Shown here: positions 38,392 through 48,600 of the stretch, one piece after another
How the letters are laid out: each line of letters begins with the position of its first letter
Position numbering within the stretch: position 1 is the first letter of the stretch
Source of the DNA: Octopus bimaculoides
Lineage: Eukaryota
DNA: 64,000 bases
Assembly (NCBI RefSeq): GCF_001194135.2
Contig: NC_068982.1
Span: forward strand, 65,629,668 to 65,693,667
Direction of reading: 5' to 3'
Notes under the pieces: model-generated
The model's input: the letters and a program-made list of their open reading frames with translations, nothing else
Databases searched by the model: none
Told to the model about the DNA's origin: nothing
Made by a program: the position numbers and the translations under genes

Positions 38392-41239
38392 ATAATAATA
38401 ATAATCATGAAGTTTAACATCAGGAGAGGCATATTCCAGGGAAATAGTCTGTCACCATTGCTGTTTGTGATTTGCATGAAACCCCTCACACAGATATTAC
38501 AGAAAGTCACACCTTGAAAAATGGCAGAAACTTAAATCAATTGCTATATATGGATGACTTAAAGATATTCTGTAAGAGTGAATATGAAGTAAATGGTCTT
38601 GTTTCAACACTGCAAACATTCAGTAAGGATGGAATTTGGATAAAAATGTGTGGTATGTTTACCATAAAAAGAGGCAAAGTAGTGACATCTGATGATGTAG
38701 ATCTACCCAACAGTGAGAGAATCAAGGATATTGAGATGAATAGATGTAAGTATCTGGGTATTTTGGAGTATGACAAAATCAAGGAAAGTGAGATGAAGGA
38801 AAGCCTTAGGCAAGAATATCTCAGAAGAACCAAATTAATCATGGAGAGTAGGTTCAATGGAAAGAACAAGATCAGAGCAATGAATACATGGGCTGTTTCC
38901 TTAATGCAAAACGGTGCAGGTATTAGACAGACAAAAAATGAGCTTGAGGAATTGGATAGAAAAACCAGGTAAGTGATGACAATGAACAAGGAACTGCACC
39001 CTAAAAGAGATATCAGTAGACTATGTGTCTAAGTACAAGGGAGGAAGAGGCCTCATAGGACGCAAGATCTGTATTGTCAAATAAGGAAAACATTCCAGGA
39101 TGGTACGTCAAACAGCAGACTGAACCCTTGCTTGCCTCTGTTAGAAACAACATGTTACCTACTAAAATTGTGGCACCCAAAAACATTTAAGAAACAAGAC
39201 AGAGAACAAAAATTAAACAACTGGAAAATGAAAGCAATGTATGGGCAATACCTCAGAGAAATCGAAGGAAAGACAAGGTTAATACCTGGGGATCACTAAG
39301 GAGAAATGATCTGAAAGGATGCACTGAGACATTGGTATGCAGTGCCCATGAACAAGCTCAGAACTAATTACACCAAGTTCCAAATAAATAAGAACAATGA
39401 ATTTCCCCTTTGTAGGATATGTGGCAGCAAAAACAAAATAATCTGTGAGTGTAGTAAATTGGCCCAAAAGGAATACAAAAGGAGGTATGATAAAATAGTT
39501 AAGTTTGTTCACTGAAGATTGTGTGAGAAGTATGGTCTTGAAAGAACACAGAAATAATACAAACATAAACTAGAAGGTGCCACTGAGAATAATGAATATA
39601 AAATCTTATGGGATTTCACAATTCAGTGTGACTCACTAATTGATGCTCAGAGACCAGACAATATTGTAGTGGATAAAAGGAAGAAAGAAGCTAAGATCAT
39701 AGATCTTACCATACCTGGGGACACATGCATGGGAGACAAAGTGCTGCAAAAGATGGAAAAATACAAGTTACTAAAAAACAAAATTGCAAGAATGTGGGCA
39801 ATGAAGAGATTAACTGTCATCCCAGAAGTTGTAGGGGGAATGGGAGCACAAATAACAGAGTTTGAGAAATATATCGGAGAAATTAGAATTGACATGAGGG
39901 TGGACCCTGCCAAAAAACTACTCTTCTGGGGACAGTGAGGATTTTGAGATTGATACTTGAATGTTAAGTATTGTGGAAAGAGACCCTGTGAGACTTTTGA
40001 CGATAGGTTGCTGTTCACTCTCACAGAATTAACCAAAGCAAGTAAAATCAAGAGCTTTGAATAATAAAATGGAATAATAATAAACATGCACATGAGGTGG
40101 TATTGAAAATTTCCTGGACTAGTTATGTTTACTAATGAAATAACTTATTTACCTAAGTTTTAACATCATCACCTTTGATATAGTCCCCCTGCACAGCAAT
40201 ACACAGGTAATTTACTGCCACTTTTGGAGTCCAGTCTGGAAGTTGTTTCCTGTAAGTGAATCAAGGATCTTCCATGATTCACTCTTGATCTTGACAACAG
40301 TGTTAAAATGGCAACCTTTGAGCTGCATTTTCATCTTGGGGAACAGAGAGAAGTCTGCAGGCGCTAAATCTGGCTGATAGGGTGGTTGTGGAAGCAATAT
40401 GATATTGTTTTTGGTGAGAAACCCATGAGTAAAGAGAGCTTGGTGAAGAATCGAATTCTTTGTGCTCCACAGATTTGGTCACTTCCAATGAATGTTTCCC
40501 CTCAAACACTTCGAAATGTTACAGTAACACTCTCAATTGATAGTCTAGCCCTGGGGGATGAATTCTCAATGCACAATACTGCAGATGTCAAAAAACTGAT
40601 GAGCATGCTTTTGATTGAGCTGCAGCTTTGTTATGCCTTTTGAAGTGCCCATGCCACTCGAAACACTGCATACAACCCATTGCCTCGTCGCCGTAAACTT
40701 GCTGAAGCATGCTCAATGTCACTGTAGCAAAATTTCATGTTGGCTCTTTGTTCCAACTTCCTGTCCATGACAAAAATTGCAGACTACAGCATACACATGA
40801 TCACAAAAAAACCCCCCATAAATTCCACAACCTGTGAGATAAACACAGCAATATCACTCAGTGCACTGCTTCATGAAGGTCACAGCAAGCTCTCACTGCA
40901 CATGCAACCATGTGCAGCCATTTATTGGTATGCTACGGAACTAGCCTGGGAACTTTTTGATACCACCTCATATCGAAACATTTTGAAAGATCACCAACAG
41001 GAATTTACTGATCTTGTTGATAATATTTGTTCTTAATATATACCTAATGAAAATTTCCTCAAAGTCCACAGGTACACCAGCAGCTGTAAAGATATCTTGT
41101 ACACTGGTCATTAGACTGGCACCAACACCGTCTCCAGGTACCATGGTAACAACATGTTTTTTCATAGATTTGGCAACAGGCTCATTTACCTGAAAGGAAA
41201 CAAAACAGTCATTTAATTAATATATTATTTAACTTTTAG

Positions 41240-41278
<39 letters not shown>

Positions 41279-43102
41279 AACAGCTCATGGTATTCAGCTA
41301 TGTTCCTAGCTATGTTCTAAGTTCAGCTCCCATCCAGATCAACTTTGCATTTCTTTCTCTTGGGGGCCAATAAAATAAGTAACAGTTAAGTATCAGGATC
41401 AGTTTAATTAACTGTATCCTTCCACCACAATCTGCAGCTGTGTAAGAAAGTTAGTGTCAACGGTATTATTATCTTGCCATGGTTTTGTCTTTCATCCTTT
41501 CAGGATCAATAAAATAAGTACCAGTCAAGTACTGGGGTTGATGTAATTGACTTGTTCCTCCTCTCAAAATCAGAAAGACTTATTATTTCATGTCATCTTT
41601 GCTGCTTATTACCTCCCTAATCAGGCTCGTCACCAGACTTTGGCGCCTGAAGGTGCTTCAGAATATTCTAGGTGAGAACTAATTTGTATTGTGGGAAGAC
41701 TTTTGTAAACTGTATTTTCTAGATCTGGGGGTGCACTATTTCTGATAGGATATTACAACATCATTTAACATCCACTTTTCCATGTTTGCAAAAGCCAGAG
41801 GGAATTCACTGAAACAGATTTTCTATGGTTAGATGTCCTTTCATGTTCCTGTCTCTCACTTGTTTTTAAGCAACGTGATATTTCCCCATGACTTGGCATG
41901 TTTTCATAGAAGATTAGGGATGTTGGACACCACTTGCATGATGATGACATTTGTTTCCAAATGTCATATGATGTCAAGACAAAGAGACACAAACACACAC
42001 ACATGACAGGATTCCTTCAGTTTCCCCTCTACCAAATCCACTCACAAAGCTTTGGTTGGCCTGAAGCTATAAAAAAGCCTTGTGAGTGATGCATCTACTG
42101 TAAACAGGTAAATAAATATTGTAAATACAGTAATCCCTCGTCCACTGCGGGTGTTACATTCCAAAACCTCCCAGAGAAATAAAATCTAAAAAAATATAAA
42201 TACCTATCAGCCACAGAAACCTGCGATATACATTAGCCAGAAAAATCTACAATGTACTGAGTGCATGATAGGTGAACCACAATGTACTGAGTGTGTGATA
42301 GGTGAACCATGATATGGCAAGTGATTAATGTAGTAGGTATAGTAAATGAAATAAGAAATGATTTTAAATACTTACAGACAGTTGCAACAACCCTTGACTG
42401 GTTTGAACACCACGTTTCAAGCATTTGTAATTACTCTGAAATATAGAGGGAATAAATATATATATATGAATAAAATATACATAAAAGAATAAATAAGAAA
42501 TGAAAATCTAACATTTCAAATTGAAAATTATTTGAATTTGTGAATGGAAATGCGTTGAACTAGAATATTAATACATATTGTATAAAATTTGAATCATAGA
42601 AAAGAGGTTTTGTCTATTCATTCATTTGTTTCTTTAATATCTGTTTTTTTATGTTAGCATGAGTTGGACAAAGCAGGATTTTACAGCTGGTGGCTCTTCC
42701 TGCCACTAATCCCTACTTGTTTTTCAAGTAAGAGATTTCTTATTATTTCATATGTTTTTAAAAGTATAAAACATTGGCCATTATTTCAACAACAAATCAT
42801 AATCATTGTCATCGTTCAATGTCCATGTTCTACACTGGCATGGGTTGGGTGGTTTGACAGGATCTAATGGATCCAAGGACTGCATCATGTTCCAGTAACT
42901 GTTTTGACATGGTTTCTTTGGCTGGATGCCCTTCCTAATGCCAACCACTTTACTGCATGTACTGGGTGCTTTTTTCATGTCACTGGCATAATGAGGTCAC
43001 CAAGCAGCATGCAAGACTATGAGACCTGAGAAGGAGACAGTGGCTTTATCACCACTTCACTCATGTTTTTGTCAAACAAGGCCATGGAATATCCATCTTC
43101 AT

Positions 43103-43154
<52 letters not shown>

Positions 43155-45585
43155 TTTGAATATATACATGTAAGCTTAAACATAAAAGCATATCAAATTT
43201 ACCTATTTCTCTGTAGATTGAAAAAAATTATGAACAGCTTTAATTTTCAACCCTCATTGGGGTCTCATCAGAGGTGTTTACTTCACAAGAAAAGATAGAT
43301 GCAATGTAACGATCTATTAAAATAGAAATTTCCTGCAGAGGATGTATCTCTACAAGATATAATCTCCAGGTGGAAATTTATAAAAGTGATTATGTAGAAG
43401 GTCCCTTATTAGTGAAGATAAGTCAGTTACTAGTTGTTAAAGTTGTTTAACCTCCAGATAAGTTCTGATCCAGTAGACTTGATCAAAGCTTGAAATTTAT
43501 GGGGAATGGGTAAGTCGATCATATTAACCCAGTGCACAATAAGTGAACCTCGGTGTACTGAGTCGTGATAGGTGAATTGCGATATGGCAAGGGATTACTG
43601 TAGTACGTATAGTAAATTAAATAAGAAATCATTTTGAATACTTACAGACAGTTGCAACAAACCTTGACTGGTTTGAACACCAGGTTTCAAGCATTTGCAA
43701 TTACTCTGGTACTTAATTTATTGACCTCATAAAGATGAAAGGCAAAGTCAACTTTGGCTGAATTTGAACTCAGAATGTAGCAAGGAGTGAAATACTGCTA
43801 AGCATTTCACCAGGCGAAAATAAGCATCCCATATTTTATTTTATATATCTTATTTTTGCAGTATTACAGCAATAATGAGCTTATCGAATACATTGCTCAA
43901 GTACACTACAACTCATCAGAAAAGGGGAAAAGGTGATGAAAAGTAGCAATAAGTAAAGGAAAATAGCAATGATAGCAAACTGCATTGTATACAGTACTTT
44001 GTTTTTAATGACATGGTATATATATATATCCTTATATTCACACGCTATATATATATATATCCTTATATTCACACGCTATATATATATATATATATATATA
44101 GATATATATATATACCATGTGAATATAAGGATTTACTTTTCATAAGAAAAAAAAGCCAAGGCTGTGTATAATATAGAACATTTATAAATATTTATACGAC
44201 CTGAGTTGGACCCCCTATTCGCATAATAACCGAACCTAGAGCTTAACTTTGGTCTAATACATAGCACTTACTCAGCATTACCTGAAACCTCTGGGTCTAA
44301 TTGACACCACTATCGCTCATAACCTATATATATATATATATATATCAGGAAGAGAGCCACTCCATCAGATCGTGAAGAAGTTATAGAGAATATTTTATGC
44401 TGAGCTTTTGGATTTTGTCGAGTTTCCTTAATTTCATATCATGTGCCATTTTTCCATGAGCCTCTTTCATTTGACTGAGATATTTAAAATTTTTGTTGCA
44501 TTTCTGATCTTTCTGATATCTAAATACAGATACTTATGTGCATGAATTACTTTTGTTTTGTTTTGTTTTTTGTTTTTTTTCAAATTTAATTCTGAAGAAT
44601 TGAAGAAGTAAATTTACCCTATCGTGTCTTACTCATTTTGCCCCAGCTAATTAAGTCTTTTTTTCTACTCAAAGAGATCGGAGATAATTTCTTGAATTAG
44701 TGTTCTGAATATGTTATAGTGCTTTTAATGCATTCAGAGAAGGTCATTTGCTCAGTTGATATAGTTTTTGTAAGGTAGCGAACATTTGTAAAAAAATATT
44801 TTTGGGTCAAAATCAAAAATGCAGTAAATATTACTCATTGTGCTCCACCCCCTATTTAGACTAGCATAGGGGGAAGAGATAATCATGTTTGAAACGCTTT
44901 TAAAAGATGAAATGATCACAATCGGGATGTTTTTAAAAGACGAAAGAGTCACGGTTGGAAACCTTTAGAAACACGCATGTTTTCAGGCGTCCGTATATTT
45001 CTGTGCATTAGTGCGCACACGAACGGATGCGCAAAGGAATCAACCAAGTTATTTTCAATTTGGGAAATATTCTATTTCGGAGTCTCGACTATGTGATACA
45101 CTATATAAAATATTGACAGTTCAGTAATATGACATTGAAGAGAGAGACATAAATTCAAGACAGATGAATTAATCATACGTATATTCATTCACAGCTGACC
45201 TAGTGTTAAATAACAAATACATTTCCACGGCGGTTGATAGTAAAATATAGTTTCTAATTCCATAGAACTGTACAGCCTTTCGATTAGCAAATTTCATTTC
45301 TTAATGAAATGTCATTCTGACTCGGCATATGACAATTTAATTTGAAGGTTGCGAGAGAAAGAAAATGCGAAAGTCCAACGTATAGGTTGGGAGTAAAGGT
45401 TAATAGATTTGGTGAAGATTACAGCGATTTAACATAAGCCAATATTATCCACAGTATGATATGAACTAAGATAAGATAAACCAAAGAGGGAAAAAAACAG
45501 AAGAATTGTTTAATATACTTACAGAGTAACGTTGAGCTCCTTTAATAAGACCAGACCGAAAGGACGAGATGACAAGGGACGCCAT
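23460..45585 (-). CDS. IDH3B: NAD-dependent isocitrate dehydrogenase subunit beta, mitochondrial: complement(join(23460..23537,24277..24432,27048..27194,28721..28823,32011..32144,34261..34393,34789..34929,41044..41189,42376..42435,45523..45585)), 386 aa
   Basis: The spliced ORF has an Arg/Ser-rich presequence, [85 protein letters not shown] and [19 protein letters not shown] and the C-terminus are beta-type. Splice phases are consistent throughout. Confidence 0.95.
24277..24432 (-). CDS. IDH3B: IDH3B exon 9
   Basis: tag|[21 protein letters not shown]...KVIEEGK|gtcagt. Confidence 0.96.
24587..25142. repeat. (TA)n plus a long compound TA/CA microsatellite
   Basis: Pure TA run at 24587-24648 and a cryptic (TA)n(CA)n array at ~24825-25142. 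These produce the spurious ORFs in the track. Confidence 0.95.
25417..25575. repeat. 52-bp minisatellite, 3 copies
   Basis: ACATTTAAATTGTACCC(A/G)GGTGTCATGTTTTT...TAGTTAAATTCAAAA starts at 25417, 25469 and 25521. Confidence 0.9.
27048..27194 (-). CDS. IDH3B: IDH3B exon 8
   Basis: cag|[37 protein letters not shown]...AVFEP|gtaagt. Confidence 0.97.
27386..27769 (+). mobile_element. Full-length tRNA-derived SINE (~385 bp) with a 13-bp TSD
   Basis: A-box TGGCCCAGTGG, B-box GGTTTCGATTCC and a CAACAAC tail. ATAGGGTTGAATT occurs at 27373-27385 and 27770-27782. Confidence 0.9.
28721..28823 (-). CDS. IDH3B: IDH3B exon 7
   Basis: cag|(M)[34 protein letters not shown]|gtaagt. Confidence 0.97.
29810..30200 (+). 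mobile_element. RTE-clade LINE C-terminal remnant
   Basis: [33 protein letters not shown]...CDKC, as in the RTE RLPK..LYGEL..G.R..GRP..RFKD motif. Confidence 0.7.
30494..30713 (+). mobile_element. SINE nested in an older repeat, with an 11-bp TSD
   Basis: AAGATTAGGAT at 30483-30493 and 30714-30724. The host repeat resumes on both sides. Confidence 0.8.
31320..31960 (-). mobile_element. Degenerate RTE-like LINE fragment
   Basis: Minus-strand [19 protein letters not shown] resembles the RTE C-terminal KRPRGRPRxRWxD motif. Confidence 0.6.
32011..32144 (-). CDS. IDH3B: IDH3B exon 6
   Basis: tag|[44 protein letters not shown](M)|gtaagt. Confidence 0.97.
32680..33187 (+). mobile_element. IS630-Tc1-mariner transposase remnant
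   Basis: [36 protein letters not shown]...DSAPCYT...PPNSPxxNxLDYCV...SRLEAVIE, with frameshifts. Confidence 0.8.
33190..33571 (+). mobile_element. RTE LINE 3'UTR with an internal ~93-bp repeat
   Basis: GAGCGAGATC(G/A)TTGCCAGTGCCGATGGACTGGCTCCTGTGCAGGTG repeated. Ends GGACGTTAAACGACGAT like other RTE tails here. A short N gap follows at 33572-33581. Confidence 0.75.
34261..34393 (-). CDS. IDH3B: IDH3B exon 5
   Basis: cag|(R)[22 protein letters not shown]...[15 protein letters not shown]|gtaaag. Confidence 0.96.
34789..34929 (-). CDS. IDH3B: IDH3B exon 4
   Basis: cag|(S)[31 protein letters not shown]...SLNMKL(R)|gttggt. Confidence 0.93.
35294..35338. repeat. Perfect 21-bp inverted repeat with a 3-nt spacer
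   Basis: CAATTAACAAAAGCATGGTAC-ATG-GTACCATGCTTTTGTTAATTG. Confidence 0.95.
37488..38050 (+). mobile_element. Three head-to-tail copies of the GGCACAAGGCC-type SINE
   Basis: The AAAAGGATGAAAGGCA core recurs at ~37615, ~37826 and ~37997, separated by simple repeats. Confidence 0.8.
38351..38405. repeat. (TAG)13(TAA)n microsatellite
   Basis: Read directly from the sequence. Confidence 0.95.
38406..40085 (+). mobile_element. 5'-truncated R4/Dong-like non-LTR retrotransposon (RT + CCHC + restriction-like endonuclease), degenerate
   Basis: [32 protein letters not shown], a CxxC region and [22 protein letters not shown] (PD..D endonuclease). Ends in an AATAATAATAA tail. Confidence 0.8.
40093..40970 (-). 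mobile_element. Degenerate mariner element with TIRs
   Basis: TIRs TGAGGTGGTATTGAAAATTTCC and GGAACTTTTTGATACCACCTCA. Minus-strand [22 protein letters not shown] matches the mariner HPPYSPDLAPSDF motif. Confidence 0.85.
41044..41189 (-). CDS. IDH3B: IDH3B exon 3
   Basis: cag|[48 protein letters not shown](S)|gtatat. Confidence 0.95.
42128..42330. mobile_element. Tigger-like (TcMar) MITE
   Basis: TA-CAGTAATCCCTCG ... CAAGTGATTAATG-TA. The duplicated copy at 43589-43600 reads CAAGGGATTACTG-TA. Confidence 0.7.
42376..42435 (-). CDS. IDH3B: IDH3B exon 2 (presequence, native copy)
   Basis: ctctatatttcag|[20 protein letters not shown]|gtaagt. 60 nt, phase 0-0, bringing the protein to 386 aa. Confidence 0.88.
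43646..43705 (-). CDS. IDH3B: Duplicate of IDH3B exon 2 (possible alternative exon or pseudo-exon)
   Basis: aattaagtaccag|[20 protein letters not shown]|gtaagt. 57/60 nt identical to 42376-42435. The frame is open and the donor intact; the acceptor is weak and SINE-derived. Confidence 0.4.
45523..45585 (-). CDS. IDH3B: IDH3B exon 1
   Basis: acaaacATGG start context; [21 protein letters not shown]|gtaagt. Basic and hydroxylated, with no acidic residues, as expected for a mitochondrial presequence. Confidence 0.88.
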
Positions 45586-45606
45586 GTTTGTAACAATGAC
45601 AAACGG

Positions 45607-45615
45607 TGAAGGTCA
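45607..45615 (+). promoter_or_regulatory. ERR response element-like TGAAGGTCA upstream of the IDH3B ATG
   Basis: Matches TNAAGGTCA, 22-30 nt upstream of the start codon. Confidence 0.4.
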
Positions 45616-45677
45616 CATTAATATACCTTTTGCAGCAGACGATCGGATATTTCTGACTAGTAATATGTGTTTTTTTG

Positions 45678-45885
45678 TTTACTCTTTTACTTGTTTCAGT
45701 CATTTGACTGTGGCCATGCTGGAGCACCGCCTTTAGTCGAGCAAATCGACCCCAGCACTTATTCTTTGTAAGCCTAGTACTTATTCTATCGGTCTCTTTC
45801 GCCGAACCGCTGGATTACGGGGACGTAAACACACCAGCATCGGCTGTCAAGCGATGTTGGGGGGGTCAAACAGACATATACACAC

Positions 45886-45939
<54 letters not shown>

Positions 45940-46103
45940 GACGGGCTTCTTTCAGTTTCCATCTACCAAATCCACTCATAAGGCTTTGGTCGGCCCGAGG
46001 CTATAGTAGAAGACACTTGCCCAAGGTGCCACGCAGAGAGACTGAACCCGGAACCATGTGGTTCGTAAGCAAGCTACTTACCACACAGCCACTCCTACGC
46101 CTA
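45678..46103 (-). mobile_element. Full-length tRNA-headed SINE with an internal (TA)n, directly upstream of IDH3B
   Basis: Minus-strand head GGCGTAGGAGTGGCTGTGTGGTAAG...GGTTCAGTC. Many CpGs are retained; ends in an AAGAGTAAA tail. Confidence 0.85.
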
Positions 46104-46526
46104 TTTTTATATCGTTTTCTATACACAATAACGTCCTCACTTACAAGTTTCTATTTACAATGGTAAGAATGACAAAAGATTCTGTGTAACTCGGACGAAA
46201 TAGATATGATAGAACATTTTTGTTCGAAGGCCTTGCTGTTTTGTGGGAGGTTTTCTTGCTATTTATAAATTTTGTCAATACACACTGGTGAAAGACACGT
46301 GTGCGCGCGCAAACAATAAACATGCCTCTAAGTTACGTATAAAGCTTATAGCCTTACAGCTACCAAATTTGCAAGCTATGGGTCCATGTACTTGCAAGGA
46401 TACATACATACATACAATAAAAAACCAAATCTTTCTATAATGCTGTAGGAATATTGAGAGAGAATGCAGTGACTGTGCTGAGAGAGCTGAAAGAGACGTG
46501 GGAGACTGACAGAGTTAGAGAGAGGT

Positions 46527-46532
46527 GAGAGA

Positions 46533-46592
<60 letters not shown>
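46527..46592. repeat. (GA)n microsatellite
   Basis: Read directly from the sequence. Confidence 0.95.
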
Positions 46593-46597
<5 letters not shown>

Positions 46598-46829
46598 ATT
46601 CAGTAAACAACACTGGTAGTCAGGTGAGCAGATAGTAAAATATAGGAATGAAAGTAAGAGTGAGTGAGAGAGGAGAAGAGAGAACATGAGTAAGAGATGA
46701 GAGATAGAAAGAAGAAAAATAGCTCTATACAATAAAGAGGATGAAATCAGAAAGGTAAGAATAAAATAACAGAGGACATGCATAAGATATCTCCATATGT
46801 ATAAATTGCACACAGAGTATGCTTTTTCC

Positions 46830-47590
46830 TGGTCCTGAAAGTTATCTTCAATGCTATGAAGAACCAAATTCATCTCAACAACACTGAGAAAAAACCGTTG
46901 AAAGAACCATCTAGAAATTTTATTACCTTCGTGCGCTCAGGTCAGCGGATCCGTTTCAAGAAAAAGAACAAGAAACTTCCTATGAGAGATGAAAAGTGGA
47001 ACGACTATTGGGAAGTGACTGCAGATTTACCTGGGTGCCAGGCATTCTTTCCCATCCCAGTTATGGAAAAACTGGACATTTTGATGTGGTGTGAAAGAAG
47101 GAAAGTTGTAAATCTAGTCGAGTTAATGGTTCCTCATGAAGATAATATGGACGCCACACGGGCTTGAAAGATTGACCATTATGTAAACCTCCTCGAGAAT
47201 TGTGAAGACGCAGGCTGGAAAGTGGAGCATTTTCCAATCGAAGTTGGATGTAGAGTTTGTAGGACACAGTGTGAAACGACTGCTGTTATCGTTAGGCCTA
47301 ACTCATCATAAGGTAAGTATCACCATGAGTGATATCCAAAATACAGAGTAGAAGGCTAGCCACTGGATTTGGTTAAAAAGAGACGATGAGCGATGGCTAG
47401 AGAAATATTGAGCTTTGTTTTTAATAACCAGTTGATCTAGCAAGCGGGGCCTCATATCAGTGAGGGGGGCCGGTGCGCATTGATGCCGTAGAGTGGTAGG
47501 CCCTGAAACAGCGCTCATTCTCTCCTGATGACCCCATACACTTGCTGGCTTCCGGTATGCAGAGTTCTCGACTGGTAGCACTTGCATGTG
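46830..47590 (+). mobile_element. 3' fragment of an RLE-type non-LTR retrotransposon (HERO/NeSL-like)
   Basis: DYWEVTADL...LVELMVPHEDNMDATRA*KIDHY...CEDAGWKVEHFPIEVGCR matches the RLE ELTVPWE...K..Y...GW....EVGCRG pattern. A GC-rich 3'UTR follows. Confidence 0.7.
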
Positions 47591-48600
47591 CAAGTTGTTT
47601 GCAAGACATATATGTAAGGTGGATGCATTCACATGTACACACCTGTATACGAGCAAATACACATATAGATAGTAATTGTCTTAAATTGTTCTGATGGTGG
47701 TGGTTTCCAGTTGCATAGTAAATGTTTGTTGACGTGTTTGCATACACTAAACATCTCTGATCTTGTGTCTAAATACAAGCAAGAGGTTCATGTATCCCAG
47801 AATATGACGCTCTTCTCAGCTATGTAGATGTCACATCATTTGGTTCTCTTTTTGAATGGTTTGAACTTTTTGATACTGTTGTGTTTGGGGAGAGTCATTC
47901 TGTTTTAATGCCTTATTAATTAACACACTCACTAGTTTGATTTCAACTCATTTACTTTTTTTTTTTTTTTTTCTCAAATTTTCATTGCTCCATGCAATCT
48001 CTTCAATAGTTGTTGATACTCCCCAGACACCACAAAATATGTTTCAACATATGTATTCACATAAAGAATCTTGCAAATCAAATACAAAAACTTTTTATTT
48101 CCTACTTAATGAATTTATTTGCTACTGTTTTAAGTTTCAGATCTAATTTGATAGTTTGGTAGAATTCCTATTTTTTATGTGTCTGAACACAGAGGGATGA
48201 GTATGTAACCATATAGCATAGTCCTCTATTATACACTGTACTGAATGCAGTTATCATGGTACCAGCACCAGTGAGGTTGCTTTGTATCTCACAAAACTTC
48301 TGACCACATTAATATTTGTTTATTTTCACAAGGCAAGAAACCAAGAAGGTGAATAAAAGAGAGAGCAATGGAGGAACCAGGATGGATGAATGAAGGTAGC
48401 AAGATTATTATGGTAAAAACAGAATGGAGTGAAAGGTTGGCAGAAAGTGATGGATAGAGATGAATGGCTTGGCACTGTTTTATACAGCCATCATCATCTA
48501 TATATCATATCCCTATACTAACTCTTGCACACTACCTTTGATACTTCTTATAACCAATTTTTCTCTCAGCTCATATATATTCCTTTGTTTATGCACACTA

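Noticed and set aside
41612-41668. Candidate IDH3B exon (tag|[16 protein letters not shown])
   Set aside because: Stop codons in all three frames. The exon at 42376-42435 already gives the expected protein length.
43201-43216. 8-nt micro-exon AGAAATAG on the IDH3B strand
   Set aside because: It would shift the frame, and no compatible partner exon was found.
47490-47540. GAAAC...CTGATGA as a type II hammerhead in the RLE element 3'UTR
   Set aside because: Stem II closure fails (T before GAAA, C after CTGATGA), and no stem III with a GUH site can be formed.
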